Numbered from the stretch's first letter, positions 17,720-27,122 are shown. The stretch is DNA of 58,841 nucleotides from a virus (IMGVR_UViG_3300023371_000069); one strand, 5' to 3'. A program made the numbers and translations. The notes: generated by a model from the letters alone, not told the origin.

Positions 17720-18088
17720 ATGGCAAACACTAAGAAGCTGACTAAGAAGGACCATTTCAACACCCTGCTGACCCTGGCTGAGGTCAAGTCCAACCTTGCG
17801 CTGGTCGAGTTCATCGAGCATGAGCTGGAACTCCTGGCGAAGAAGAACTCTGCTGAGAAGAAGCCTACTGCCCAGCAGGTCGCCAATGCTGGTGTGGCAG
17901 AAGCCATTCTGTCCCACATGAGCGCAGACCCCAATCGTCTGTTCTCCATCACTGAGCTGATTAAGGAAGTGCCTGCCTGCGCAGAGCTGACTAATCAGCG
18001 AGTGAGCGCCATCGTGCGTGGCATGATTGGTGTGTCTGTCGAGCGCATCGAGGAGAAGCGCAAGGCGTTCTTCAGGGTCATCCAGTGA
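17720..18088 (+). CDS. early protein family A, copy 3
   Basis: See 13156..13515. Confidence 0.55.
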   Translation: MANTKKLTKKDHFNTLLTLAEVKSNLALVEFIEHELELLAKKNSAEKKPTAQQVANAGVAEAILSHMSADPNRLFSITELIKEVPACAELTNQRVSAIVRGMIGVSVERIEEKRKAFFRVIQ

Positions 18089-18100
18089 TGACCCCTTCCT

Positions 18101-18136
18101 CCCCCTGCCCCCAATTCGTGGGGCAGGGGCTTTTTT
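18101..18136 (+). terminator. rho-independent terminator
   Basis: CCCCTGCCCCCAATTCGTGGGGCAGGGG hairpin followed by CTTTTTT. Confidence 0.65.
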
Positions 18137-18277
18137 GCGCCGTGCGCCAACGAGTGTGGCGCCCGGAATTCGTCAAAATAACTAGTCCCCGTAAATTTCC
18201 AATCGAATTTTTTGTGCAGTTTGTCATCTTGATTTTTCCCGCAATTGGTGGTATACTAATCCTAAGAGGTGAGGCAA

Positions 18278-18448
18278 ATGACCGCAGAAGAAATGCGCAA
18301 GGCTAAAGCTGAATTGCACAAAGTTATTATTGATACTGTTTTATCTTTTGGGGGAACTCTCCATGACGATGCAACCATGTATCGATACATTATCGAATTA
18401 GCGTCTAATGAGCTTTTAGCTTGTGTTCCTTTTTCCAATGAAAATTAA
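18278..18448 (+). CDS. small hypothetical protein (56 aa)
   Basis: Driven by the plus-strand promoter at the end of the intergenic unit (TTGTCA..TGgTATACT). SD AGAGGTGAGG lies upstream. Confidence 0.4.
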   Translation: MTAEEMRKAKAELHKVIIDTVLSFGGTLHDDATMYRYIIELASNELLACVPFSNEN

Positions 18449-18456
18449 AAAAGTGC

Positions 18457-18486
18457 TTGACAAATTATTAAGTCTGTGCTATAATA
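18457..18486 (+). promoter_or_regulatory. class 1 early promoter
   Basis: TTGACAAAttattaagtcTGTGcTATAAT. Confidence 0.6.
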
Positions 18487-18534
18487 AGTATGTAATCAAG
18501 GGAGCGAGTGCTCCACAAGAAAGGGTAATTTACT

Positions 18535-19140
18535 ATGAGAACCATTAAACTGTTTGAGCGTGAAATCAATCTGATTGTCAATGAAGACCTGCGTATGGCG
18601 GTCAAGTCTTACATGGAAGAAGCCACCCCTGACTACTTCTGGACAGATGGTGCTTCCTCTTCTGGCAAGTATCATCCCCAGTTTTCGCAGGGCATCGGCG
18701 GTCTGGTTCGTCACACCAAGGCGGTTGTGATGTTCGCTGAAGAACTGCTCCGCATGAGTTCCTACGCCTACATGAAAGACGAGTACAAGGACTTCGTAAT
18801 TGCGGCTTGTATCATCCATGATACCGCAAAGTATGGTGTCGATTGGTTTGACAAGGCAGAATACAAGAACCACGCAAGAAACGCAAGCAAGGCTTTTGCA
18901 GGTTGGTGCGAACAGGTGTTCGATTTTACTCCCCATTTTCTTCTGCTGAACGCAGTTGAAAGTCACATGGGTCAATGGTCTACTGAACGAGAGGACAGAC
19001 CTTTCACCAGCGTGGACAGATGTGTTCACATGGCGGACTACATGGCAAGTCGCTCTTTCATCGACATTCCTTCCATCACAGAGGAATACAACAAAATCGC
19101 TTGCCAGTGGGCGGCGGAACACCACGAACTGCCTTTCTAA
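18535..19140 (+). CDS. HD-domain phosphohydrolase-like protein
   Basis: Contains a His..HD motif (..KYHPQF.., CIIHDTAKYG) and several conserved His/Asp residues. Confidence 0.45.
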   Translation: MRTIKLFEREINLIVNEDLRMAVKSYMEEATPDYFWTDGASSSGKYHPQFSQGIGGLVRHTKAVVMFAEELLRMSSYAYMKDEYKDFVIAACIIHDTAKYGVDWFDKAEYKNHARNASKAFAGWCEQVFDFTPHFLLLNAVESHMGQWSTEREDRPFTSVDRCVHMADYMASRSFIDIPSITEEYNKIACQWAAEHHELPF

Positions 19141-19186
19141 AGGCAGGGAGTGGAAACCCCGGCGAAAAATATTTTTCAAAAACCTA

Positions 19187-19216
19187 TTGACAAATCTCCA
19201 AGAATGTGCTATAATG
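19187..19216 (+). promoter_or_regulatory. class 1 early promoter
   Basis: TTGACAAAtctccaagaaTGTGcTATAAT. Confidence 0.6.
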
Positions 19217-19244
19217 AGTTCATCAAAGGAAAGGAACTGATACA

Positions 19245-19391
19245 ATGAACTGTCTGAAATGTGATAACTACTGGCGCACCGACATTGACGAAAGCCGATG
19301 CGATAGATGCGGATGCCAAGAAGAATCCAACACCAACCCCAAAGAAAGCGAGGACAAAGGCAATGAGCAAAAAGCATCTGGGCTGTGCTGA
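19245..19391 (+). CDS. small Cys-rich protein
   Basis: ATG follows aaggaaaggaactgataca. CxxC motifs present. Confidence 0.45.
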   Translation: MNCLKCDNYWRTDIDESRCDRCGCQEESNTNPKESEDKGNEQKASGLC

Positions 19392-19500
19392 TAGTGGCTG
19401 TGGCTACTACTGGCAGGACGAGGACGAAGATTACCCCCGCTGTCATTTCGATGGCTTCGGCAAAGCACCCTGTGAGGAGGATGACTGGGATGAAGAATAA
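19363..19500 (+). CDS. small Cys-rich acidic protein
   Basis: Overlapping-frame ORF. CADSGCGYYW and an acidic tail. Confidence 0.4.
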   Translation: MSKKHLGCADSGCGYYWQDEDEDYPRCHFDGFGKAPCEEDDWDEE

Positions 19501-19687
19501 GAAAACCCGATTCATTAACCCCAAGCCCACCGCAGAAAATAGATGCATGCGGTGTACCCATGTGGGGCAGGAAACCACAGACGATGTGGCTTGCTGTAAC
19601 TGTTGCGAGGATGGCGAGTTTTTCGATGACATTGCGGAAGTCGAAGACCGCTATACGCTGGATGACCTCGGTCCGAATTGGTGGTGA
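19490..19687 (+). CDS. small Cys-rich protein
   Basis: CMRCTH..CCNCCEDGEFF. A strong terminator follows. Confidence 0.45.
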   Translation: MKNKKTRFINPKPTAENRCMRCTHVGQETTDDVACCNCCEDGEFFDDIAEVEDRYTLDDLGPNWW

Positions 19688-19716
19688 GACCCCCGCAGGG
19701 GTCTCATTTTTTTTTC
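19686..19716 (+). terminator. rho-independent terminator
   Basis: GAGACCCCCGCAGGGGTCTC hairpin followed by ATTTTTTTTT. Confidence 0.7.
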
Positions 19717-19726
19717 ATTTTACCAC

Positions 19727-19756
19727 TTGACAAGTGCGGCCCGGTATGGTATAATA
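19727..19756 (+). promoter_or_regulatory. sigma70-like promoter followed by a GC-hairpin-rich untranslated region
   Basis: TTGACAagtgcggcccggtaTGgTATAAT. Positions 19760-19960 carry several GC palindromes. Confidence 0.45.
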
Positions 19757-20068
19757 ATGGTGGGGTTCAACGGGCCGCGGACGGAGGCCAAGGCCCGATT
19801 TTCCGACCGGTACACCCCATATGCAAATTTTTTGCTACTTCTAGCGACTTTTCATATGCACTTAATTTTCCCGTAAAGTGAGCCCCGGTCGGGAGCCGAC
19901 CGGTCCTACAAAAACCGCCCGCATATACGCGGGCCGACCGGTAAAAATATGTTTTTTTAATATTATAACATATTTTTTTATAAAAATCAAGGCCGAACGG
20001 CCATTTGATTTTTATAAAATTTTTTTGTATAATAATAATACAATAAGAAAAGAAAGAGGTATATACCA

Positions 20069-20536
20069 ATGGTTATTGATAAGAATTATTTCCTGACCCG
20101 TCTGCAGAATGGTGAGGATATGACTGCTATCGGCAACGAGATTGCCGCAATGATGAATGCCGCTATCGACGAGCACAATGCTGCTCTAGAGGCCGAGGCC
20201 GCAAAGCAGGCTGAGGTAGAGAAGGAAGCCACCAAGAGAGACCTAATTGAAGAGATGGTCGATATCATCAAGGAGCTGGCTATTTTGGAGGGTATGGACC
20301 CCGATGAGATGACCCTTTCCGACGAGGAAATGGACCAGCTGGTTGCGGCTTTCACTGAGATGTTTGCGGCCATGCGCGATTTGAAGAAGATGTTTGCGGA
20401 CCTGGAGGCTAAGCTGGACTCCGACAAGAGCGGCTCAGTGCGTCTTCATCACCCTGGTCCTGCGAGCGGCAGAATTACTCCTGTGGCAAAGAGCGACGAG
20501 CAAATTCTGGCCGATTTTATCAAGATGTTTAATTAA
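20069..20536 (+). CDS. acidic coiled-coil protein
   Basis: Class 2-like promoter at 19990-20030 with leader aagaaagaggtatatacca. Rich in E/D and A. Confidence 0.5.
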   Translation: MVIDKNYFLTRLQNGEDMTAIGNEIAAMMNAAIDEHNAALEAEAAKQAEVEKEATKRDLIEEMVDIIKELAILEGMDPDEMTLSDEEMDQLVAAFTEMFAAMRDLKKMFADLEAKLDSDKSGSVRLHHPGPASGRITPVAKSDEQILADFIKMFN

Positions 20537-20611
20537 TGTGATGAGAAAGACGTCTGTTTATTCTATAGCTAGCTACGAAGACCAAGAGCAGGCAAATTGA
20601 ATTATGAAAGA

Positions 20612-20655
20612 AACTCCCAGATTGTCAAAGGTCTGGGAGTTATTTTTTTATATGT
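20612..20655 (+). terminator. rho-independent terminator
   Basis: ACTCCCAGATTGTCAAAGGTCTGGGAGT hairpin followed by TATTTTTTT. Confidence 0.6.
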
Positions 20656-20825
20656 GAATTTAACGGTGACGGGGACGTGGAAAATACGATTCATATACCT
20701 GGGGCCGATCGGCCACCACACTCTCGCAAAACCTCCGCAAAACACACAATTTCTTCCAAAAGAGCAAAAAAAGGGGGGAACACCATTACAGTGTTCCCCT
20801 AAAGTCACGAGCGAAGCGAAGTGAC

Positions 20826-21356
20826 TTAACCTTTAGCCATTACGCCAAAATCAACTTCCGGCAAGAATCCCTCCAAGAGGCTCTCAACCGTCATCTCTCT
20901 TGCCTTCTTCAATGTGCCTTCAACATCAAGGCCCAGCTTCACATCTCCCACAGGTCTTTCAGTTCTGTTATATCCAGGAGAGTAAGTACCTCCAGTTCCT
21001 GCGGAATCCGCATAGCTTACAGTCATAGTAGCCTGCGGAATGGGTTCACTACTGTATCTCATTCCAGAAGTAGAAGCCTTGCGTGCGGCTGCTGCTGTCT
21101 CTGCGGGAGTTCTATAAGTGCGGACACTACTGTACTCGCTTACACTACCACTCTCACTTACCTCACCATAACTCTTCCATCCGTTGCTGGTCTTGGCGAC
21201 AATCTTATTCTCATCATCATAGAGAATATAATAAGCACCACTTCCCAAGTTATCCAATCTACTAGAGGGAGCAGCAAATACAGCCTTACCATTCCAGTTA
21301 CCTAGTCTTAATCCATCTCTAGCTGCTCTTTTTAAAGTATTATAATCAAATGTCAT
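20826..21356 (-). CDS. hypothetical Ser/Thr/Gly-rich protein
   Basis: ATG at 21354-21356 has AAAGGA upstream, in frame within track ORF 20826..21380. A GGGGAACAC..GTGTTCCCC hairpin lies downstream. Confidence 0.45.
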   Translation of the reverse strand: MTFDYNTLKRAARDGLRLGNWNGKAVFAAPSSRLDNLGSGAYYILYDDENKIVAKTSNGWKSYGEVSESGSVSEYSSVRTYRTPAETAAAARKASTSGMRYSSEPIPQATMTVSYADSAGTGGTYSPGYNRTERPVGDVKLGLDVEGTLKKAREMTVESLLEGFLPEVDFGVMAKG

Positions 21357-21662
21357 CTCATTTTTCCTTTCGATTTTCATTTCATTTTTGATTTCAATTT
21401 CAGATTTTCAAACGAGATTTTGAAATCAGTTTTTCTTCCTACTATTATTATACAAAATTTTATTTTAATTTTCAAATTAAAAATGGATTATCTAGCAAAG
21501 GTTCAATTTCAATTTTCGATTCATTTTTCTAAATTGGTACTATATACATCTTTGGGTCTCCACTTCGCATATATACCTTCACTTCTACCACATTCTCTGG
21601 TAATTTATCATAACTACCCATAGCGAATTTTACTGCTCCCTTAGGTATCTCAAAACCTTCCA

Positions 21663-21881
21663 TTACTTCACCTTCAATTCTACTTTAATACCATTTTTAA
21701 TAGTTTCAATTAATCTTTCTTTGAAACTATCAATATCAAACTTAAATTTATCTACAATCATATCGATTTCTTGTTCATACCATTCTGGATGTTCAATTGG
21801 AGAACTTAATTCCATACCATAATCTTCTCCAATCATCCGAATAGTTCCATTTCTTAATTTGTTTTCATCTAAGATAATCAC
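21663..21881 (-). CDS. small hypothetical protein
   Basis: ATG has GGGAGG upstream on the minus strand. Confidence 0.45.
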   Translation of the reverse strand: MIILDENKLRNGTIRMIGEDYGMELSSPIEHPEWYEQEIDMIVDKFKFDIDSFKERLIETIKNGIKVELKVK

Positions 21882-21974
21882 TTCTATACCTCCCTCCGGC
21901 CCCGCGTATAGAGGATTTAAATGGCCCGAAGGGACATTTAAAGCCTCTTACGATTGACAGTTCTCTATTTCTAT

Positions 21975-22060
21975 TTATAAGGATACTATTTTTTTAACAA
22001 AGTATGTACAAAATTTTAACACTCATGCGTCTAAATTTTTAACACTTTAATTCAACGTAT
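21975..22060. repeat. iteron-like repeats (..GTCTAAATTTTTAACA / GTACAAAATTTTAACAC), 2-3 copies
   Basis: Same repeat family as at 22735-22880. These copies lie downstream of the initiator-like gene. Confidence 0.5.
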
Positions 22061-22667
22061 TAGTTAACCAGTCTAATTGATAAATTGTTTTCACATTTTG
22101 AAAAGTGTCCGCCTCTTGTTTCATTGTAGTCAATGAATACTTAATCAGCCCCACCTTTTCTAATACATACAGGATATTCGTTACGGTATCATTATTACTT
22201 CTCGTGCTTGTGCTAATTCCAATATAACTCTTTACCTGGTCTAATGTAAACTAAAACGGACGACACTCATTAGCATAATAACAATTCAATAAATAAATAT
22301 AAGTTGAAATAGAATTCTCACTTAAAGTGTCTGTAATTAACTTTAATGTCCCATATGGAACCAAAGAAGCTAAATCAGCACTTAATTCAACTAATCTATA
22401 TGTATCTTTTCCTGCTTCAACAACTAAACCCAATTCCTTTAGATTCTTAAACTTCGTTGAAACCGTCTGTCTCGATAAGTTAAACATCTCACCAAGCTTA
22501 CTAAAATTTATATCTTTCTTTGAAAAATATCTAGTTCCGCTCTTCTCATCTCTTGTTGAGATACACTGAAGATAAGCATAAAGAATATCATAATACTTTT
22601 TATTCGAACAAATATCTTTAGCCTTGGGAACCTGTCTTGAATTTGGTTGAATCTTTAACACAATCAC
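22047..22667 (-). CDS. winged-helix DNA-binding, initiator-like protein with an in-frame TAG at 22251-22253
   Basis: Track ORF 22251..22667 ends at TAG, but the frame continues 67 more codons to TAA at 22047-22049. The gene is flanked by iterons. Confidence 0.45.
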
Positions 22668-22734
22668 ACCTCCCTTCCAACTATTCTTAAGAAAAGTTGT
22701 TAACCATTTAACAAGTTTTACCCACGATATAGAA

Positions 22735-22880
22735 GTCTAAATTTTTAACATTTTATATAGATGTACAAAATTTTAACACATTTTTTTAACAAATATATAG
22801 ATGTCTATTTTTTTAACCAAATACATAGAAGTCTAATTTTTTAACAAAAATATAGCTGTCTAATTTTTTAACATTTTTCA
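22735..22880. repeat. 5 tandem iterons (ATAGAtGTCTAAaTTTTTAACA, about 25-30 bp period)
   Basis: Direct repeats are visible. They lie upstream of the minus-strand initiator-like gene. Confidence 0.6.
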
Positions 22881-22994
22881 TTTAAAGTTTGCGGCCGGGA
22901 GGCTCCAAAGCGCTTTTATGTCAGCTAAACCAATCTCTCGTCTCTGGACCCCTAGACACTACGATTCTCCAAACCGCAACTATTTATTTGCTAA

Positions 22995-23023
22995 TTGATT
23001 TTATAAAAAATTTATGATATAAT
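22995..23023 (+). promoter_or_regulatory. class 2 promoter cassette (TTGATT-17-TGaTATAAT plus conserved ATATATGTAAgATAAAGAAAG leader)
   Basis: First of about 22 near-identical cassettes. Confidence 0.6.
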
Positions 23024-23156
23024 ATATATGTAAAGTAAAGAAAGAGATAAAGATAAAAGATGAAAGATTGCTGACGGACTCCGTAAAAATCGTTTCCCGT
23101 CATTTTCTCTCGTCGAAAGAAAAAGGCTGAAAAAATCGACTTTGGAGGTAAACTAT

Positions 23157-23447
23157 ATGGCTATCGGTTCTGCGGGTTTCACCCCTTCCGCCATTGAAGA
23201 TGGCATCTACAACTTAATTGACCGTGCGGATTTCATCGTGTCCTCCAAGGAGTACACCGAGAAGTGTATGCGGGCCGTGGAGTCCTTCCTCCTGTCCTGC
23301 CGCGTCAAGTGGAACTGCATCTGGGATTCTTATCCTGATGAAAGCGGTGCATCCGTATCTTTCGCTTGGATTGAATGCGGCGAGCTCCATCATATCGTAC
23401 TGAATGTGCGATATGATGCTTTCTGTCCGAAGGAGGATGAAGAATGA
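23157..23447 (+). CDS. hypothetical protein
   Basis: ATG has GGAGG upstream. Starts a tightly packed rightward operon. Confidence 0.5.
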   Translation: MAIGSAGFTPSAIEDGIYNLIDRADFIVSSKEYTEKCMRAVESFLLSCRVKWNCIWDSYPDESGASVSFAWIECGELHHIVLNVRYDAFCPKEDEE

Positions 23448-23731
23448 AAACAATGAGAATTGGCTCCTCAATCATTCATCTGGACCCGATGTACGATATC
23501 AACTGTGAAGAGTGTGATGAGGGTACAATCGTGCGTATTGATTATGCTCACGCCGAAAAAGAATATCTCGTACCTGGCTTTTTCGTACCGGAAATCGTGG
23601 CAGCCGCAATCCAAAGAGGTATGAACGGCGAAGGTGGAAGCCTTGATAACTTCGACTTAATGGCAAAACTGCGGGCGCTGGACCGCATATATGGAGGTAT
23701 CAGAGTAGATGAAACTCGAAACGAAGCATGA
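23444..23731 (+). CDS. hypothetical protein
   Basis: Overlaps the previous stop with ATGA. Confidence 0.45.
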   Translation: MKTMRIGSSIIHLDPMYDINCEECDEGTIVRIDYAHAEKEYLVPGFFVPEIVAAAIQRGMNGEGGSLDNFDLMAKLRALDRIYGGIRVDETRNEA

Positions 23732-24176
23732 TGTAATCATTAACTTCATCGAGCAGTTCCAGAAGTTCGGGCCGCAAGTCGTAGACTGTTTTTCCAACGG
23801 AATGTGTTATCAGTTTATGACTATCCTGCGTAAGCGTTTCGGTCCATTCTGCACAACTCCCGTTTACGATGAAGTCATAAACCACTTTGCAACCGAAATT
23901 GACGGTCGTATCTACGATATTACTGGTGATATCACCGACGACCCGCAATACCATTGGAAACGATGGACTATCGTGATTGCGGAAGACTATAAACACGCCA
24001 ATAGAATTTGCCGCGATTGTGCTGATAAGGTACCCAGTGATACACTCATCTGTAAATATTGTGACAATTCTTTTTACGATGAAGTTTTGAATACGTATCT
24101 GTGCGGCCTGGACAATGAGCCGGTTGACCTGGATACCCCCTGTACGAAAGGAGTAGAGCGTGATGCAGGACTTTAA
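23709..24176 (+). CDS. Cys-rich hypothetical protein
   Basis: Track ORF. Confidence 0.45.
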   Translation: MKLETKHDVIINFIEQFQKFGPQVVDCFSNGMCYQFMTILRKRFGPFCTTPVYDEVINHFATEIDGRIYDITGDITDDPQYHWKRWTIVIAEDYKHANRICRDCADKVPSDTLICKYCDNSFYDEVLNTYLCGLDNEPVDLDTPCTKGVERDAGL

Positions 24177-24405
24177 TTTTATTTGTATGTTCCGTGTTCT
24201 CGTCGTTGACGATGTAGCCAACCAGGATAAAGTTGAACACGGTTTTTGTTTCGCCAATGATTTTACCAGTGCGGTCCAGTATCTGGAGCAGCATCTGTAC
24301 GGTGATAACCTGTTGGAAATCCAGCATATGGAACTCTTTGATGCGTGCCCTATCGTTTCCTTCGAAGTGTGGGAAAAGATTAAGACTTGCTTGGAGGAAG
24401 CATAA
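24160..24405 (+). CDS. hypothetical protein
   Basis: Track ORF. Confidence 0.45.
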   Translation: MMQDFNFICMFRVLVVDDVANQDKVEHGFCFANDFTSAVQYLEQHLYGDNLLEIQHMELFDACPIVSFEVWEKIKTCLEEA

Positions 24406-24758
24406 TGGATTTCGGAACTTTTGTTGGCGTAGGTTATATTCTCTCTGAGAGAGAAAGACAAGAGTTAATGGGCCATCTCGAAGACACTAATCCTCAGCGC
24501 TATAACGAAATTATGGACGAAATGTTCTGCTACGATATGGACGAGAAATGGTTCTTCGGTGAGATGGTCTATGAACTCGACGGTTGGGGCGATGCCAAAA
24601 GCCTCGAAACTCTGGCGACTTTGCCTGTTTTACAGGACGACGGCACATTTGGTGCCAAGTATGGTGCAATGTTGGTTGACTGCGGCATTAGCATTGAAGA
24701 AATCAATACTAAGTGGGGTCATCCAAACATCTATATCGTAACATATTGTTACTGCTAA
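24405..24758 (+). CDS. hypothetical protein
   Basis: ATG has GGAGGAAG upstream. Confidence 0.45.
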   Translation: MDFGTFVGVGYILSERERQELMGHLEDTNPQRYNEIMDEMFCYDMDEKWFFGEMVYELDGWGDAKSLETLATLPVLQDDGTFGAKYGAMLVDCGISIEEINTKWGHPNIYIVTYCYC

Positions 24759-24767
24759 GGAGAAAAT

Positions 24768-25229
24768 ATGGAACGAAAATGCGGCGACTGCGCCCTCAAG
24801 GCGCTAAAAAATGGGATGTGCCCGGTCTTTAATGCGAATATGGAGGACGAAAGCGGTTGTCCGTATTTTACCACAGAACTCAAAATTTGTGAGATTTGTG
24901 GTAATCTCATTCTCAGCAATAGCTACCTCCAAGAGGAAAATGGAGTATTCCATCTTTTCTGCCACAATTGCGCGACCGGCCACCCTTGCAAAACTTGCAA
25001 GGAAGTAATCCAATGTCGGTTCAATACCGACGAAACCTGCCAGGAGCCAGCGTATGTGATGGTTCAGCAACGCCAAGGCAATATGGTAGTACAGCAACAA
25101 ATTCAGAACCCCAAGCGCGTTGAAGCCACCTGCGCGCAAGGTTGCCCATGTTATCACGTAGAACATGGTTGTATGCGTGAATATGGGTGTGGCTGCCAAA
25201 ATCTTAAAATAAATTGGAGGAACAAGTAA
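24768..25229 (+). CDS. Cys-rich (probably multi-Zn) protein
   Basis: Many CxxC and CxC motifs. Confidence 0.45.
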   Translation: MERKCGDCALKALKNGMCPVFNANMEDESGCPYFTTELKICEICGNLILSNSYLQEENGVFHLFCHNCATGHPCKTCKEVIQCRFNTDETCQEPAYVMVQQRQGNMVVQQQIQNPKRVEATCAQGCPCYHVEHGCMREYGCGCQNLKINWRNK

Positions 25230-25654
25230 TGATTGTCTGGATTCTGCTCATTGCCCTCATTATAACCGCTGCAGCCATTTTGCTGGGTGGCGTGTTTGGG
25301 CGTCTCAAGACCAAGGCCTACCGTAAAACCATTTATGTCGGCGTAGCTATCTGCGCAGCCCTCATCACTTTCTGCATGGTACTCGGCGGTATCTACCACA
25401 ATGAAGTAAGTAACCTGCAGGCACAGTATGATGACATTATGCTGTACCATGAAGTCGTAAGTAATTGCGACAATGAGCAGGTGCGCTTCGGCCACTACGA
25501 GAAGATTGAAGACTTTAATGCTGAGTATGACAGATTGGCTGTTGTACAGGAAGACTTTATGTTCGGCACTCTCTTCCCCAAGAACTGGTCTGAGAACATG
25601 GGTCCTATTGAGTTCTACTTCCGCGGTGTAAGTTATGAGCCAGTCTACGACTAA
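25229..25654 (+). CDS. membrane protein
   Basis: ATG has GGAGGA upstream. Two N-terminal transmembrane helices. Confidence 0.45.
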   Translation: MIVWILLIALIITAAAILLGGVFGRLKTKAYRKTIYVGVAICAALITFCMVLGGIYHNEVSNLQAQYDDIMLYHEVVSNCDNEQVRFGHYEKIEDFNAEYDRLAVVQEDFMFGTLFPKNWSENMGPIEFYFRGVSYEPVYD

Positions 25655-25988
25655 AATCTATGTCGACCGAGACGAGTTTATGAGTCAAATGCTCAAATGT
25701 CTCGGGAGTGAAGAATGGAAGAAAGCCCTTGAATGTACGGAGGCTCATGCGGCCTCCGCACAATGGGGAATGGCTTTCTGTGCAAACTATGCGGCGGTCC
25801 ATACGCCGTATATGACCATGCAAGACCACAAGGACACCTATCCTTGTAACTACTGCGGCAGCTGTCCCGTTTGGCTAACCGCATTTGAACCAGATACTGG
25901 TTTAGATACTCTTGAAAAAGTGATAATCGAGTGTGTGCGGCGAGACTGCCACCTCGTAGGAAGGAAGGTAGAAAATGCCGAAGTTTAA
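25635..25988 (+). CDS. Cys-rich hypothetical protein
   Basis: Track ORF. Confidence 0.45.
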   Translation: MSQSTTKIYVDRDEFMSQMLKCLGSEEWKKALECTEAHAASAQWGMAFCANYAAVHTPYMTMQDHKDTYPCNYCGSCPVWLTAFEPDTGLDTLEKVIIECVRRDCHLVGRKVENAEV

Positions 25989-26346
25989 AATTTATGCCGG
26001 CTTGTCTGGTGGTTTTGGAGGCTCACACTTCTGTGAAGTCTATGAGTGCGGCAGCCAGGCTGAAGCTGAAACATATGCTCGCGAGGTTGCCATTGAGGAA
26101 TATGAGTCTTACGGTGGTTACCACGGACTCTATACCTGGGATTCTATGCGTCAAACCATTGCCGACGATGAATACGATGGAGATATCGAACAGGTTGACC
26201 CCGAAGATGTCGACATCGCATTAACCGAGGAAATCGAAGGTTGGATTACTTATCACGTAGTCCCCGTAGCCGACGACTTCCCCGATGATTACGACGGTTA
26301 TGATGATGATTATGACGACGATGACGCAGATTGCTACTGCGAATAA
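25975..26346 (+). CDS. highly acidic protein (poly-D/Y C-terminus), possible DNA mimic
   Basis: C-terminus reads DDFPDDYDGYDDDYDDDDADCYCE. Confidence 0.45.
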   Translation: MPKFKIYAGLSGGFGGSHFCEVYECGSQAEAETYAREVAIEEYESYGGYHGLYTWDSMRQTIADDEYDGDIEQVDPEDVDIALTEEIEGWITYHVVPVADDFPDDYDGYDDDYDDDDADCYCE

Positions 26347-26903
26347 GGAATTAAATTACAGCCGATAACATTCCCGGCTGTTGTAAATAAAAGAGCCGCG
26401 GATGCTGGGAGTAATATCTTGGTGTCCGCGGCTAAAAACATATATGCCATATCCGCGACACAATGGTTTGCGCCCAAGAGTATGAACGATGCAACAGAAA
26501 GAATCGTAACATATGGCGCCGTTGGATACTGTTTCACTCCGATATACATAAGAATACCACAGAATACACCGAGAATAATATTTTCAAACCACAAATTGGA
26601 AATTCTTGTCAGAGTGATTGCGGCTGCCCCTGTTGTGAGAGATGCCCCCAGTGGAGTTGCCAAAAGCAAGAGTGAGCATAACGCACAGCCAATTAGGTTG
26701 CCAATCCATATCGTGGCGAGAGACAAAGGTTTAATCTGGCGCTGCGCTAGCAGACCGGCTTTGCCGGTAAATAAATTGAATTGGAAAAATAAGATTGTCA
26801 ACAGACCAATAGAGAACATGAAAGCACCCAACGCTCCACCTACGATTAAGTAAATGGCTGCGGCGAGAGTAATCATAAAGCCGGCCATGATAGACTTTAT
26901 CAT
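26334..26903 (-). CDS. polytopic membrane protein (small transporter-like)
   Basis: Five to six hydrophobic helices. A minus-strand promoter TTGATT-17-TGgTATAAT and SD AAGGAGGG lie upstream, near 26915-26960. Confidence 0.5.
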   Translation of the reverse strand: MIKSIMAGFMITLAAAIYLIVGGALGAFMFSIGLLTILFFQFNLFTGKAGLLAQRQIKPLSLATIWIGNLIGCALCSLLLLATPLGASLTTGAAAITLTRISNLWFENIILGVFCGILMYIGVKQYPTAPYVTILSVASFILLGANHCVADMAYMFLAADTKILLPASAALLFTTAGNVIGCNLIPYSQ

Positions 26904-27093
26904 ATTTCTTCCCTCCTTTATACTTTCTTACTTTTATTATACCAAAATTTTAAACCAAAATCAACTGTCGGATGCGTGCGGTTGAGGGCAAGCTCCATAG
27001 CATATAAAAATTAAGATGTGTCCGGGAGCCGTTCATTAAAACTGTCCGCGTGCCGTTCACTGGAAAAGTCGTACGGTTGGTCGCATCCATCCG

Positions 27094-27122
27094 TTGATTT
27101 TCTGAAAAAATTTTTGTATAAT
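27094..27122 (+). promoter_or_regulatory. class 2-like promoter
   Basis: TTGATTttctgaaaaaatttTTGTATAAT. Confidence 0.5.

Noticed and set aside
5450-19760. Regularly spaced near-identical 30-50-bp repeats that could be mistaken for a CRISPR array
   Set aside because: The repeats are sigma-A promoter consensus plus leader, with variable internal spacing. The 'spacers' are 150-600 bp and are protein-coding ORFs with SDs and stops. No cas genes are present and no palindromic CRISPR-type repeat.
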